A stretch of 62,932 bases of DNA, the filler included. It is 5 parts of 5 records of this genome, joined end to end, with 100 filler letters (N's around TTAATTAATTAA, not from the genome) between each part and the next. Parts side by side here need not be neighbours in the genome. Positions count along the whole stretch, not along the records: positions 1 to 17,175 come from SRR31156797_85; 4 more parts are not named here. The stretch is one strand, 5' to 3'. Below the pieces are notes generated by a model, which made no database searches, was not told the origin of the DNA, and saw only the letters and a list, made by a program, of their open reading frames with translations. The position numbers and the translations under genes are program-made. This document shows, piece after piece, positions 1 through 8,312 of the stretch. Numbering within the stretch: the stretch's first letter is position 1; each line of letters begins with the position of its first letter.

Positions 1-14
1 CGGTAGCTAACTAC

Positions 15-46
15 CGGAGTCTTCGCTACCCGGAGTCTTCGCTACC
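15..46. repeat. Perfect 16-bp tandem duplication (CGGAGTCTTCGCTACC x2)
   Basis: Identical copies at 15-30 and 31-46. Confidence 0.85.
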
Positions 47-232
47 TGCTGCGTGACCTACTCCTCGATCTGCAAAAACTTCACTGATGATACATTCGGG
101 CCAAAACAACAACTCCACTTGCAAGACGCATTAAAGCCGGGACCAGATCACACTCCTTACACCCCTTGACCTGACACCCGGCTTGCTAAGCTTCAAGCAA
201 ACGCGCCTTTTCAGGCGCGCAGCGTACGACTA

Positions 233-1288
233 TTAGATGGTGTTACGAGAACCATCCCATTCGCCGAGTTCCTCTTCCTTTGTGTCACCAGCGCCGTCAA
301 CCACGCCGACAAAGGCAATCTGATCGGTAACAACTGGAGCATCCCAAGCACCTGCTGTTGTTGCGCCCATGGTTGCACTACCGACCTGGAACAGACCGAT
401 GAAACGGTTGTATTGGTCCGCAGTAACATGACGGTAAGACGGCACAGAGGTCATACCACCAAGCAGCTGAGCATTAAACAGGTTGGAAGAAGGACCAAAG
501 CCAACTGCCAGCAGAATTGGCACTTCTGTTCCATCCGGTACAGTGGTACCAGTTGAAGAAACAGCCCCAGCACCATCAGTAGCAGGTGCATAAGCCGCGT
601 CACCCCACGGACCAGGGCCGATTATACGCTCAATAGCACCTGACCAGTACGCGACCTGCGCTGTATCTGAAGGCGCAGCGCCATACCCGCACCCATTACC
701 CGCAGCACTGTTAAAAATATTACCAGGCACTACATTGTTACCGCGATCAGCTACCGTTGCCTGCAAAACACCGTTTGTAGGATCACATCCATTAGCAGCA
801 ACCCCCTCAGGCGTATCGAGAGCGTTGGCACCAGAAATATAGCGCAACTCAGTCATGCCGATTTCTTCCATCACCGTACCGGCCCCAGCTAAGAGCTGAC
901 CTGCTGAAATGTCACCACCCTCTACAGCAAAGATATCCCCATTTACAGTAGAACTATCATTAGGCAACAAGAGAGCATCGGAAGCGGCCGGAGTTCCAGC
1001 TACCGAGTAGCACAATGAATCCAGTTGATCAGGCAGGACGTTTTTCTGCAGAACACGGAAAGTACGAACACCTTTATTCAGTTCATCCATCATGGCCACA
1101 TGCGCCGCGGCAGAGGCACGGGCATCGGTATCCTGCAGGGCGATGGTAGCGGTACCGGCGATGGCCGCCAGGATAGCGACAACAACTAAGAGTTCGAGCA
1201 GAGTGAAACCACGCTGGTCAGCTTTCTTTTTTCTTGTTTCGAGTACGTACTGCAATTTTTCTACGAAAGCGTTCATTTTATCCTCCAT
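233..1288 (-). CDS. Large type IV pilin/pseudopilin-like protein with prepilin N-methylation motif
   Basis: Basic 27-aa leader ending QRG, then FTLLELLVVVAILAAIAG (G/F cleavage, E at +5); 351 aa, Gly/Ala/Thr-rich body. Confidence 0.9.
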   Translation of the reverse strand: MEDKMNAFVEKLQYVLETRKKKADQRGFTLLELLVVVAILAAIAGTATIALQDTDARASAAAHVAMMDELNKGVRTFRVLQKNVLPDQLDSLCYSVAGTPAASDALLLPNDSSTVNGDIFAVEGGDISAGQLLAGAGTVMEEIGMTELRYISGANALDTPEGVAANGCDPTNGVLQATVADRGNNVVPGNIFNSAAGNGCGYGAAPSDTAQVAYWSGAIERIIGPGPWGDAAYAPATDGAGAVSSTGTTVPDGTEVPILLAVGFGPSSNLFNAQLLGGMTSVPSYRHVTADQYNRFIGLFQVGSATMGATTAGAWDAPVVTDQIAFVGVVDGAGDTKEEELGEWDGSRNTI

Positions 1289-1464
1289 GGGATACGCTTG
1301 AAGTTCGGGCCTTTTCCCAACTCCTTGGGACCAATAACCGCAAATATATTAGTTGTTTTTATACTGCATATATGGCGGCATTCTACGACCCACTCGCGCT
1401 AACGCCTTGTTTGTAAACGGCATGACCGCTCGTCATCACCGATTCAACCCTTTATTAATCCTTC

Positions 1465-1677
1465 TCAGCCGACCTGCCTGGCCATTGTCTCATCGGCAGG
1501 CTTGGCATAATCAACAACAAACCGATATTGCTTACCGCAATGGATAATCACCTCTTTCTGGCCCCGACGGAGAATCTTCATCTCCAACCGGATATCGCCA
1601 TACCCGTCGTGACTGAACACCTCGCGGTATAACTGCTCAAACTGGTCGAGAACCTCTTTATTGGTCGATGCTTCCAT
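1465..1677 (-). CDS. Small hypothetical protein (70 aa), paralog of 2880-3254
   Basis: GAGGTGGAG SD-like sequence upstream; LYxx..HDGYGDIRLEMKILRRGQKEVIIHCGKQYRF aligns with the N-terminus of 2880-3254. Confidence 0.8.
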   Translation of the reverse strand: MEASTNKEVLDQFEQLYREVFSHDGYGDIRLEMKILRRGQKEVIIHCGKQYRFVVDYAKPADETMARQVG

Positions 1678-1804
1678 CGCCGCTCCACCTCAATCGCCCC
1701 TAGCTTTCGCTTCACTCAAACTGACGGCAGCACAAGGGCTTTTCATAAGTCTCTGTTGTATTAGTTGAGCAAAGTTTTTTTATGCTTCCCTAATATTTGA
1801 CCAC

Positions 1805-1846
1805 AATATACCTGCACAGAATTTTTGGGCTGTGACCAGCGTCACA
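1805..1846 (-). promoter_or_regulatory. Perfect CRP-type site TGTGA-N6-TCACA (1831-1846) with candidate -10 TATATT (1810-1805); class II activator geometry for the pilin unit
   Basis: TGTGACCAGCGTCACA; centre lies about 41 nt upstream of the inferred minus-strand start site; Crp gene is divergent. Confidence 0.8.
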
Positions 1847-2078
1847 GAACGGCAAAAAACGACAAAAAACTCCCGACTAACATTATTAAATCTCCTACAG
1901 CACCAACTGACTGTTATTTAACACTTTAAAATAAACAACCTGACCAGCCGCAAAAACATCAAATAAATTTTGGCATTGACAACTTTATACGGTTCGTCTA
2001 AACGTGGAGCCTTGTGTAATTGGTAACCTTGTAACCACCAGAACGTATTCATCCAATAAAGGAAGAGGTTGAGTAACA

Positions 2079-2840
2079 ATGGAGTGTATATCAAATAGTA
2101 CGTACTTGACCCAAAATGTGCATGGGCTATGTGACGAAGATAAGGACCGGTTGCTTAGGTCCCCTTTGCTTAAAGAACTTGCTCCTGCGCTAAAGATGCA
2201 GTTGCTCGAAATGGGGCAAATACAAACACTGAAAAGAAATGAGATGCTCTTTTTGGATGGGGATAAGGTCCGGGGGTTTTACTTTATCCTGTCTGGTAAA
2301 ATCAAAGAATACTATCCAACCAGCGAGGGGGATGAATGCCTGCGCAGAATTCTGTTTCCCGGCAACTATATATCGCTACACAAGGTCTTTGAGCGTGAAA
2401 GCACATATACATATTACGGAGAGGTTATCTGCCGGATGCGTTGTTTTTTCCTGAGATCCAGGGACTTTACTCACCTTATGACTACCGAGCCGCCCCTGGC
2501 CATGGTAGTGGCGGAAATACTCTCCAACCATGTTGAACACTCATACCGGCACAACTGCCTGTGCAGAAAGACTTTAGCCATATCCAGAGTGGCAGGATAT
2601 CTCCTGAAAAAAAATCTCCAAATTTGCCAGAATGAAATGTGTTTTTACGAATGCAAACACCCCTCTTTCCAGGCTGACCTCCGCCCTCTCAACCTTGCCG
2701 CCATGGATGTATGCCTGGCCAGGGAAACTTTTTCCAGGGCACTTTCCGCTCTCCAGGAAAAAGGGCATATCAAGGTGAACAACGGTATTGCAGATATTCT
2801 CAACCTTGATGAACTCAAAAAAATCAGCGGTGCCATATAA
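2079..2840 (+). CDS. Crp/Fnr-family transcriptional regulator, Cys-rich
   Basis: cNMP-barrel pattern LFLDGD..GFYFILSGKIK; HTH recognition helix ARETFSRAL; 11 Cys. Confidence 0.9.
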   Translation: MECISNSTYLTQNVHGLCDEDKDRLLRSPLLKELAPALKMQLLEMGQIQTLKRNEMLFLDGDKVRGFYFILSGKIKEYYPTSEGDECLRRILFPGNYISLHKVFERESTYTYYGEVICRMRCFFLRSRDFTHLMTTEPPLAMVVAEILSNHVEHSYRHNCLCRKTLAISRVAGYLLKKNLQICQNEMCFYECKHPSFQADLRPLNLAAMDVCLARETFSRALSALQEKGHIKVNNGIADILNLDELKKISGAI

Positions 2841-2879
2841 CAGGACCATGCAGAACAACAGCATACACAATACCTATTT

Positions 2880-3254
2880 ATGAATGATACAAACCTCCAG
2901 TTTTTACAGCAATTCCTTACTCTTTACCAGGATCTGATAGAGCATGAAGGCTACAGTGATATTGAAATAAACATCAGGCTAGTCAAAGGGAGAGGCAAGG
3001 AAGTTCGACTTAGGTGTGGGCCTGAATACCGATACTTAATCCCGACCCCGAAAAAGGGTGAGCGCAGAAAATACACAGTCATTGACTCTGCCGCATTAAC
3101 TGGCGGTTATACCGGTCCTGAGCGTCGCTGCGGAAAAGACCGTCGTGACAATGACAGCCAGCGACGCCAAGATAATGACCCTCGCCACTTTAAACTGGAG
3201 CGACGGGTTAGCAGCGACAGACGCTCCAACAGAGGCAGACGCCACGACGACTGA
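2880..3254 (+). CDS. Hypothetical protein: paralog of 1465-1677 plus Arg-rich ERR/DRR tail
   Basis: LYQDLIEHEGYSDIEINIRLVKGRGKEVRLRCGPEYRY, then YTGPERRCGKDRR..QRR..LERRVSSDRRSNRGRR. Confidence 0.75.
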   Translation: MNDTNLQFLQQFLTLYQDLIEHEGYSDIEINIRLVKGRGKEVRLRCGPEYRYLIPTPKKGERRKYTVIDSAALTGGYTGPERRCGKDRRDNDSQRRQDNDPRHFKLERRVSSDRRSNRGRRHDD

Positions 3255-3303
3255 GCATGAGCGATCGCAACCCAAGCTTATTGCCAAACATACTCCTTAC
3301 ACT

Positions 3304-3573
3304 ATGAAAGTCAAAACACGTTACACCTTATTTACCGTCCTGCTTGCGCTTGGTCTTATGATTTTCCTGCTTGGTTCCCGACAGATAATAAAGACCTACC
3401 AGCGAGAAAATATCTTAATGGAAACCGTCACCATTGGCCGCAGCTTGACAGATGAGCATGAGCAGTTGGAAAAACAGCGTGGCCTGAAGAATGGGATGTT
3501 TGACGTGCTTATCCAAGTTGCTGGCATATCCGTTATCATAGGTAGTTGTGTAATTTTGACCAAGAGAACCTGA
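3304..3573 (+). CDS. Small two-TM membrane protein
   Basis: ATG at 3304 inside the listed ORF; two hydrophobic segments (TLFTVLLALGLMIFLLG; VLIQVAGISVIIGSCVIL). Confidence 0.6.
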   Translation: MKVKTRYTLFTVLLALGLMIFLLGSRQIIKTYQRENILMETVTIGRSLTDEHEQLEKQRGLKNGMFDVLIQVAGISVIIGSCVILTKRT

Positions 3574-3606
3574 CGAAGTTCCTTATTGCTCTTCCACGGT
3601 AAGATT

Positions 3607-4779
3607 ATGTTTAAAAAAAACAAACAAGATTTCAATCCCTTTGAGGAGATTCAGGCCATCATAGGTTCTGCTATCCTGCTAAGAGCAAGCGATGTACACA
3701 TTGAACCTTTTCACGAGATCATACGAGTCCGTTTCAGGGTAGATGGTATCTTGATAAAGCACTGCGTACTGCCTGTAGCAAAAAAAGATGAGATAACAGC
3801 CATTATAAAAGTAATGGCTGCTCTTGACTCTACACTTAAACGTGATGCGCAGGATGGAAAGATTAAATATCAACACAATGACACCTTTATCGAGATACGT
3901 GTTTCGGTACTGCCTTTTAAATACGGCGAAAAAATCGTTCTCCGCATCCAGAATATCCAGAAAATCGAATTAAAACTCGACACGCTGGGAATGCAGCAGA
4001 GCTTCCAGCCTGAGGTGCAAGAGATACTCTCTGCCAGACAAGGAATGATTCTGGTCACAGGGTCCACAGGAAGTGGAAAGACAACCACTATATACTCGGC
4101 GCTTGATCATATCAGCTCAGACGAACTGAATATCATGACGGTTGAAGATCCCATCGAGTATGAAATTCCTGGATTTATCCAAATTCAGTTATCCAGAGAA
4201 ATTGACATGACGTATGCCGACGTTCTGAAAGCTGCGTTAAGGCAAGATCCTGACGTACTTGTGATTGGCGAGATACGTGATACCGAGACTGCAAGAATTG
4301 CTGTGCGCGCAGCACTTACCGGGCATTTAGTATTGGCCTCACTGCACACGAACGATGCCATTGACACCATAGTCCGGTTATTGGAAATGGGGATCGAGCC
4401 TTATCTGATTGCTGCAGCAGTTAAACTAATCACCTACCAGCGCCTGATTCGAGTGCTGTGCAGCAATTGCAAGAAGTCAGCTGAAGTGAGCGGGGAGTAT
4501 GCCGGCATTATAGGACTGGAACCGTGCGAACCAGTTTATTGTGCGGCTGGATGTAAACAATGCTGTAATACAGGATACCTTGGACGCAAACCGATTTTTG
4601 AGGTGCTTATTGTGGATGAACAAGTTGTAGAAATAATGGCCACCAGCAACAAAAGTTTTGAACTGCGTCATCGATTACAAGCACAGCTTCAATCCGTCCT
4701 GCCAGTACAAGCAAGAGACAAGATACGAGAAGGCAGCACCTCTTGTGAGGAGATAATTAAAAGTGGTATTTTTCGGTGA
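3607..4779 (+). CDS. GspE/PilB-family assembly ATPase lacking the N-terminal domain
   Basis: ASDVHIEP, Walker A GSTGSGKTTT, TVEDPIE, LRQDPD, GEIRD, TGHLV.SLHTND, tetracysteine CSNC..CKQC. Confidence 0.92.
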   Translation: MFKKNKQDFNPFEEIQAIIGSAILLRASDVHIEPFHEIIRVRFRVDGILIKHCVLPVAKKDEITAIIKVMAALDSTLKRDAQDGKIKYQHNDTFIEIRVSVLPFKYGEKIVLRIQNIQKIELKLDTLGMQQSFQPEVQEILSARQGMILVTGSTGSGKTTTIYSALDHISSDELNIMTVEDPIEYEIPGFIQIQLSREIDMTYADVLKAALRQDPDVLVIGEIRDTETARIAVRAALTGHLVLASLHTNDAIDTIVRLLEMGIEPYLIAAAVKLITYQRLIRVLCSNCKKSAEVSGEYAGIIGLEPCEPVYCAAGCKQCCNTGYLGRKPIFEVLIVDEQVVEIMATSNKSFELRHRLQAQLQSVLPVQARDKIREGSTSCEEIIKSGIFR

Positions 4780-4884
4780 CAAATGAAAAGTGTTTCCAAG
4801 TAACTCAACAACACTCAGCCGCTTTACCCACTTCTGCCTAACACCCCCGCCTTAACAATTTTAGCTGCAGTGTATTTTTTTAGA

Positions 4885-4913
4885 TTGACACAACATCCAC
4901 TTCAAGCTATTCT
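4885..4913 (+). promoter_or_regulatory. sigma70 promoter TTGACA-N17-TATTCT
   Basis: Consensus -35, 17-nt spacer and near-consensus -10; no ORF follows for more than 500 nt. Confidence 0.7.
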
Positions 4914-4919
4914 ATCTTT

Positions 4920-5100
4920 GGTCACGACATAGACCACGTCATCGATCCCTGCAGCCCCTCGCACCTTCTCCTCGTTGATGCAGGGGCTGCAACCTTTCCA
5001 CTTTAGCAGCTATGTAAGCATTCTGTTTGTACTGCTGCTACATGATTCATGCACAGAGAATCCCCTACACTTCTCCTCAGTGGGGGACTCTCCTTTTTCT
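4920..5100 (+). ncRNA. Candidate small RNA with three hairpins, two carrying CUUCUCCUC, ending in a U-rich terminator
   Basis: Stems 4950-4959/4982-4991, 5004-5010/5034-5040 and about 5056-5092 followed by CTTTTTCT; upstream promoter. Confidence 0.55.
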
Positions 5101-5459
5101 ATTTCCACCTGTTTCTCTTAACCGATAATATTACAGTCGTCTTTATCCTCACCCCAAAAGCAACTCACCACTATTACGGTGGGCCTAAAAAAATACACAA
5201 ATACCTGTAGAGCAGGGCAACAAACAAATAATATTAGGCAACATCAACAATATCTTGCGACCCTAACTTTATACTTGCCTCACCAATTACATGTGGAGTA
5301 GACTCCTGCTAGATGATTAACTACTATTCGGATTTTTGCTATGAAGATAAACAAGAGGAGAAAGGATCTAATTGGAAAAAATGCTGTTGACAAAAGAATC
5401 CCATCAAAAACGACTTTACTCATAAAAATGGGATATTCAAAAAAACTGCGGTGTACTTT

Positions 5460-5900
5460 ATGAACACACACAGAGTGACCAAAGTCAGCGCAAATCATTT
5501 CAATGAAATTATGATGGCAGTGACCACCTGGGGTAAAGTAGATATTGCAATTCAAACACAGGCGATGGCTTTATGTGTACGCCGACGTCTCCCGGTGGAA
5601 AAATTGAAAAGCAATGGTGAGTATCGATTTATTCGAGGGGATATTTATCCACTTGGTGGAAATATTGGCGCTCAACATATCGAATCAATATCTTTTCTTG
5701 ATGACGAAAAGGTTCTGGAGCCAACCTGTGCTATAGCTTTCTTTGACCACTTCGGTTCCTGTATCTTCAAAGTACTCCCCAAAAAGGACGAACAGCAGCA
5801 CCTTAATCCGGAACAGAGAGAATATTTCAGAACACTGCGAGATAGAATAGCCGGACAACAAGAGCATGGCTGCTGCTCCTTATCCAAGAAACGAACATGA
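5460..5900 (+). CDS. ChuX/HutX-like (heme carrier family) protein, divergent
   Basis: Pattern TTWGKV..IESISFL..IAFFDHFGSCIFKV..LNPEQREYF resembles the HutX/ChuX family; recognised by eye. Confidence 0.65.
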   Translation: MNTHRVTKVSANHFNEIMMAVTTWGKVDIAIQTQAMALCVRRRLPVEKLKSNGEYRFIRGDIYPLGGNIGAQHIESISFLDDEKVLEPTCAIAFFDHFGSCIFKVLPKKDEQQHLNPEQREYFRTLRDRIAGQQEHGCCSLSKKRT

Positions 5901-6292
5901 CAGAAAGCGCCAGAGAAAGACGAAATCATAGCCGGGTAAGCCTCAAAGCTTCAGAACAACTCTCAGGCATAATATACAGGACAGGCAAAGTCTCAGCTTC
6001 TAAGCCCTGCATAATCTCTGAAGTAAGCATGGCTGGAATGAAACTCTCCATTGATAACGATCAAGCTTTTGCCAATGGACATACCTTAACATTGAAAGGA
6101 CTGCAGACAACCTCCGGTATTACAGTCGGGGAAAACATACTGCTTGAGGTTGGCTGGAGCTACCAACACCACGGTTCTGGGAAGACTGTTTATGGCTGCC
6201 GGTTTATCACCATTTCCAGAAAAACTCAGGAAAGCATTGCTGTTCTCATGGAGCAGCAGGCGGCAAACTGCCATCAAAAGAGATCTTGCTGA
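5897..6292 (+). CDS. PilZ-domain protein
   Basis: ERRNHSRV (RxxxR), ISEVSMAGM (ExSxxG variant), YGCRF; ATGA overlap with upstream gene. Confidence 0.8.
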   Translation: MTESARERRNHSRVSLKASEQLSGIIYRTGKVSASKPCIISEVSMAGMKLSIDNDQAFANGHTLTLKGLQTTSGITVGENILLEVGWSYQHHGSGKTVYGCRFITISRKTQESIAVLMEQQAANCHQKRSC

Positions 6293-6814
6293 CATTGCTG
6301 CGAGCAATTACCAGTTACTCCAGAGAGCATTCTCTCAGAGGCTAAAAGTTATAACAAAAAGGGACGGTTAGGCTACATGAAAAAGACTGCTTTACCAAAT
6401 GTAGGCATTGCTAATTTTATAACTCTTGATTAGAAATAGAGGGTGCTATGTTAACTATCACTGCTGCACTGGCGATGAACACCCTGTTACCAGTAGTGTT
6501 GTGGCACTTTTTCTACTTTCCCCACGCAACCCCTTGCATACGTGCCTCGTTTACGGCTCCTGTTGGTTACCATTCCTTCTGCTGAAACATGCAGATATCT
6601 TATCATTCATTTCAAACCCAAAAAATATCTTTGGTTGCTGTAACTATAACCTATTACTTAGCGCTATTAGCCAAGATTTCTCATAAACATTATATCAACT
6701 TGTCAAATTACACACAATTTATGTATGTTATGCAACCCCACGAGGAGTTTAAAGTTTCACACAATGTTCATGAGAAATCCGGGTTAGACATTGGCTTTGC
6801 CTGCCCTCCTGGGC

Positions 6815-6847
6815 AAAAAAAATCGAGCCTGCAAGAGGCCCGATTTT
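6815..6847 (-). terminator. Intrinsic terminator of the porin gene
   Basis: Minus strand AAAATCGGGCCT-CTTGC-AGGCTCGATTTTTTTT. Confidence 0.75.
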
Positions 6848-6882
6848 CGGAGTAACAAATGGTGTTTTATTCTAACTATAAA

Positions 6883-8130
6883 TTAAAATTTTACTTCAAG
6901 CATTGCGTAGGTACCGAAATAACCATCTTCTTCCACGCCGGCTGCATTTAAACGACCGTCAAAACTAGGTGCAAGGTAGCCAGCGTACCAGGAGAAAGTA
7001 CACCCTTTAGATATGCTGTATTCCATTACACCGGAAACTTCGACTAAGTCGTAGAGACGGCTTTCATCGGCAACAGTACCGTCGTTACCATCTGCATCAA
7101 GGTATACCAGGTTCCCTGTAAGGGTGAGGGCTTCAGTTACAGCGTAACCGGCTCTGAGGCCAGCCCAGTAGTTATCAAATCCGCCTTCTCCAAATAAAAC
7201 CTTGGTAATTGGTTCGCCGGCACCGATCATAACAAACCCCTGATCATCGTCAGCGACAAAACCATCTTTAGTAAAACCAAGATCCAGGGCCAGGGTCAGA
7301 GCGTCCATGGTGTAGCTACCGCGGATATATCCACCCCATGCGTCATCATCGCCAGAGCCCTGTTGTTCGTCAAGGACTACGCCATTTTCAGCGAACGCAA
7401 ATTCACCTTCCAGGCCGAACCCTGCCATGGTGCCATTAAAAAAGATAGAGCCCCAGAAACCATCGCTGTTGCCGTTATCGGTTTCAACCGTAGCACCATC
7501 AGCATCTACGTAGCTATCAACACGGTCATCGGTGTCGTACGCAGCGATAGCACCAAAGGTCCAGTTTTCAACACTGGAAACAGTTATTGCAGCACCCATG
7601 CGGTATGCGTCATTATCTTCTGAAACGTCCTGAGCTATGTCAGAGACCTGACCTTCAGACTGTACCTCGAGAAATGGAAAAACCTCGATGCCATTTGCAG
7701 CATAGATACCTTTAAAACCGGCAAGTCCCATATCGTCGTATACAAAACCATTACCATAAGTAGAACGATATTTACCCGCTTCGAGGGTAAACGAATCGGT
7801 GAAAGGAATACCGATGTATGCTTTATCAACATAGATGTTGTCGTCAGCAGAAATGTCGGTTTCGCCATTGAATTTTTCTTCTGCCAGACGAATACGGCCA
7901 TGCACGTATGATCCGCCGGCTGAGGTGCCGCGAACTTCAAAACGTACACGGGAATCCATGGTCATACTGTCATCAGCATCGCTATTACCGAAATCTTCTT
8001 TATCTTTATAGATAACACGGGCACGAGCATTACCTGTAATTTTCACACCGGAGTTGTCATCCATTTCAGCAGCGGTCGCGATGCTGCTTGCCATAAGAAG
8101 CGCAACACCAGTAGCGAGTACTTTTTTCAT
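6883..8130 (-). CDS. Major outer-membrane porin-like beta-barrel protein
   Basis: Signal peptide MKKVLATGVALLMASSIATA; alternating aromatic beta strands; C-terminal YAMLEVKF; own terminator. Confidence 0.85.
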   Translation of the reverse strand: MKKVLATGVALLMASSIATAAEMDDNSGVKITGNARARVIYKDKEDFGNSDADDSMTMDSRVRFEVRGTSAGGSYVHGRIRLAEEKFNGETDISADDNIYVDKAYIGIPFTDSFTLEAGKYRSTYGNGFVYDDMGLAGFKGIYAANGIEVFPFLEVQSEGQVSDIAQDVSEDNDAYRMGAAITVSSVENWTFGAIAAYDTDDRVDSYVDADGATVETDNGNSDGFWGSIFFNGTMAGFGLEGEFAFAENGVVLDEQQGSGDDDAWGGYIRGSYTMDALTLALDLGFTKDGFVADDDQGFVMIGAGEPITKVLFGEGGFDNYWAGLRAGYAVTEALTLTGNLVYLDADGNDGTVADESRLYDLVEVSGVMEYSISKGCTFSWYAGYLAPSFDGRLNAAGVEEDGYFGTYAMLEVKF

Positions 8131-8312
8131 CTTTTCCTCTAATTCTTAAATTTATTTTGGGTTAGCCCTGAACAAACATTATTCACTTCACCTAAAAAAA
8201 TTGACTATACGGACAAACCAACCAGGGAGTCAAGTTTTTTTTACTATGTTTAAACTTTTTTACTTATCTAAACTTATTTTCAACTCATAACAAAGTATCC
8301 TACCCTTTATCG

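Noticed and set aside
15-46. 16-bp tandem repeat as a CRISPR remnant
   Set aside because: Only two adjacent copies, no spacers and no cas genes
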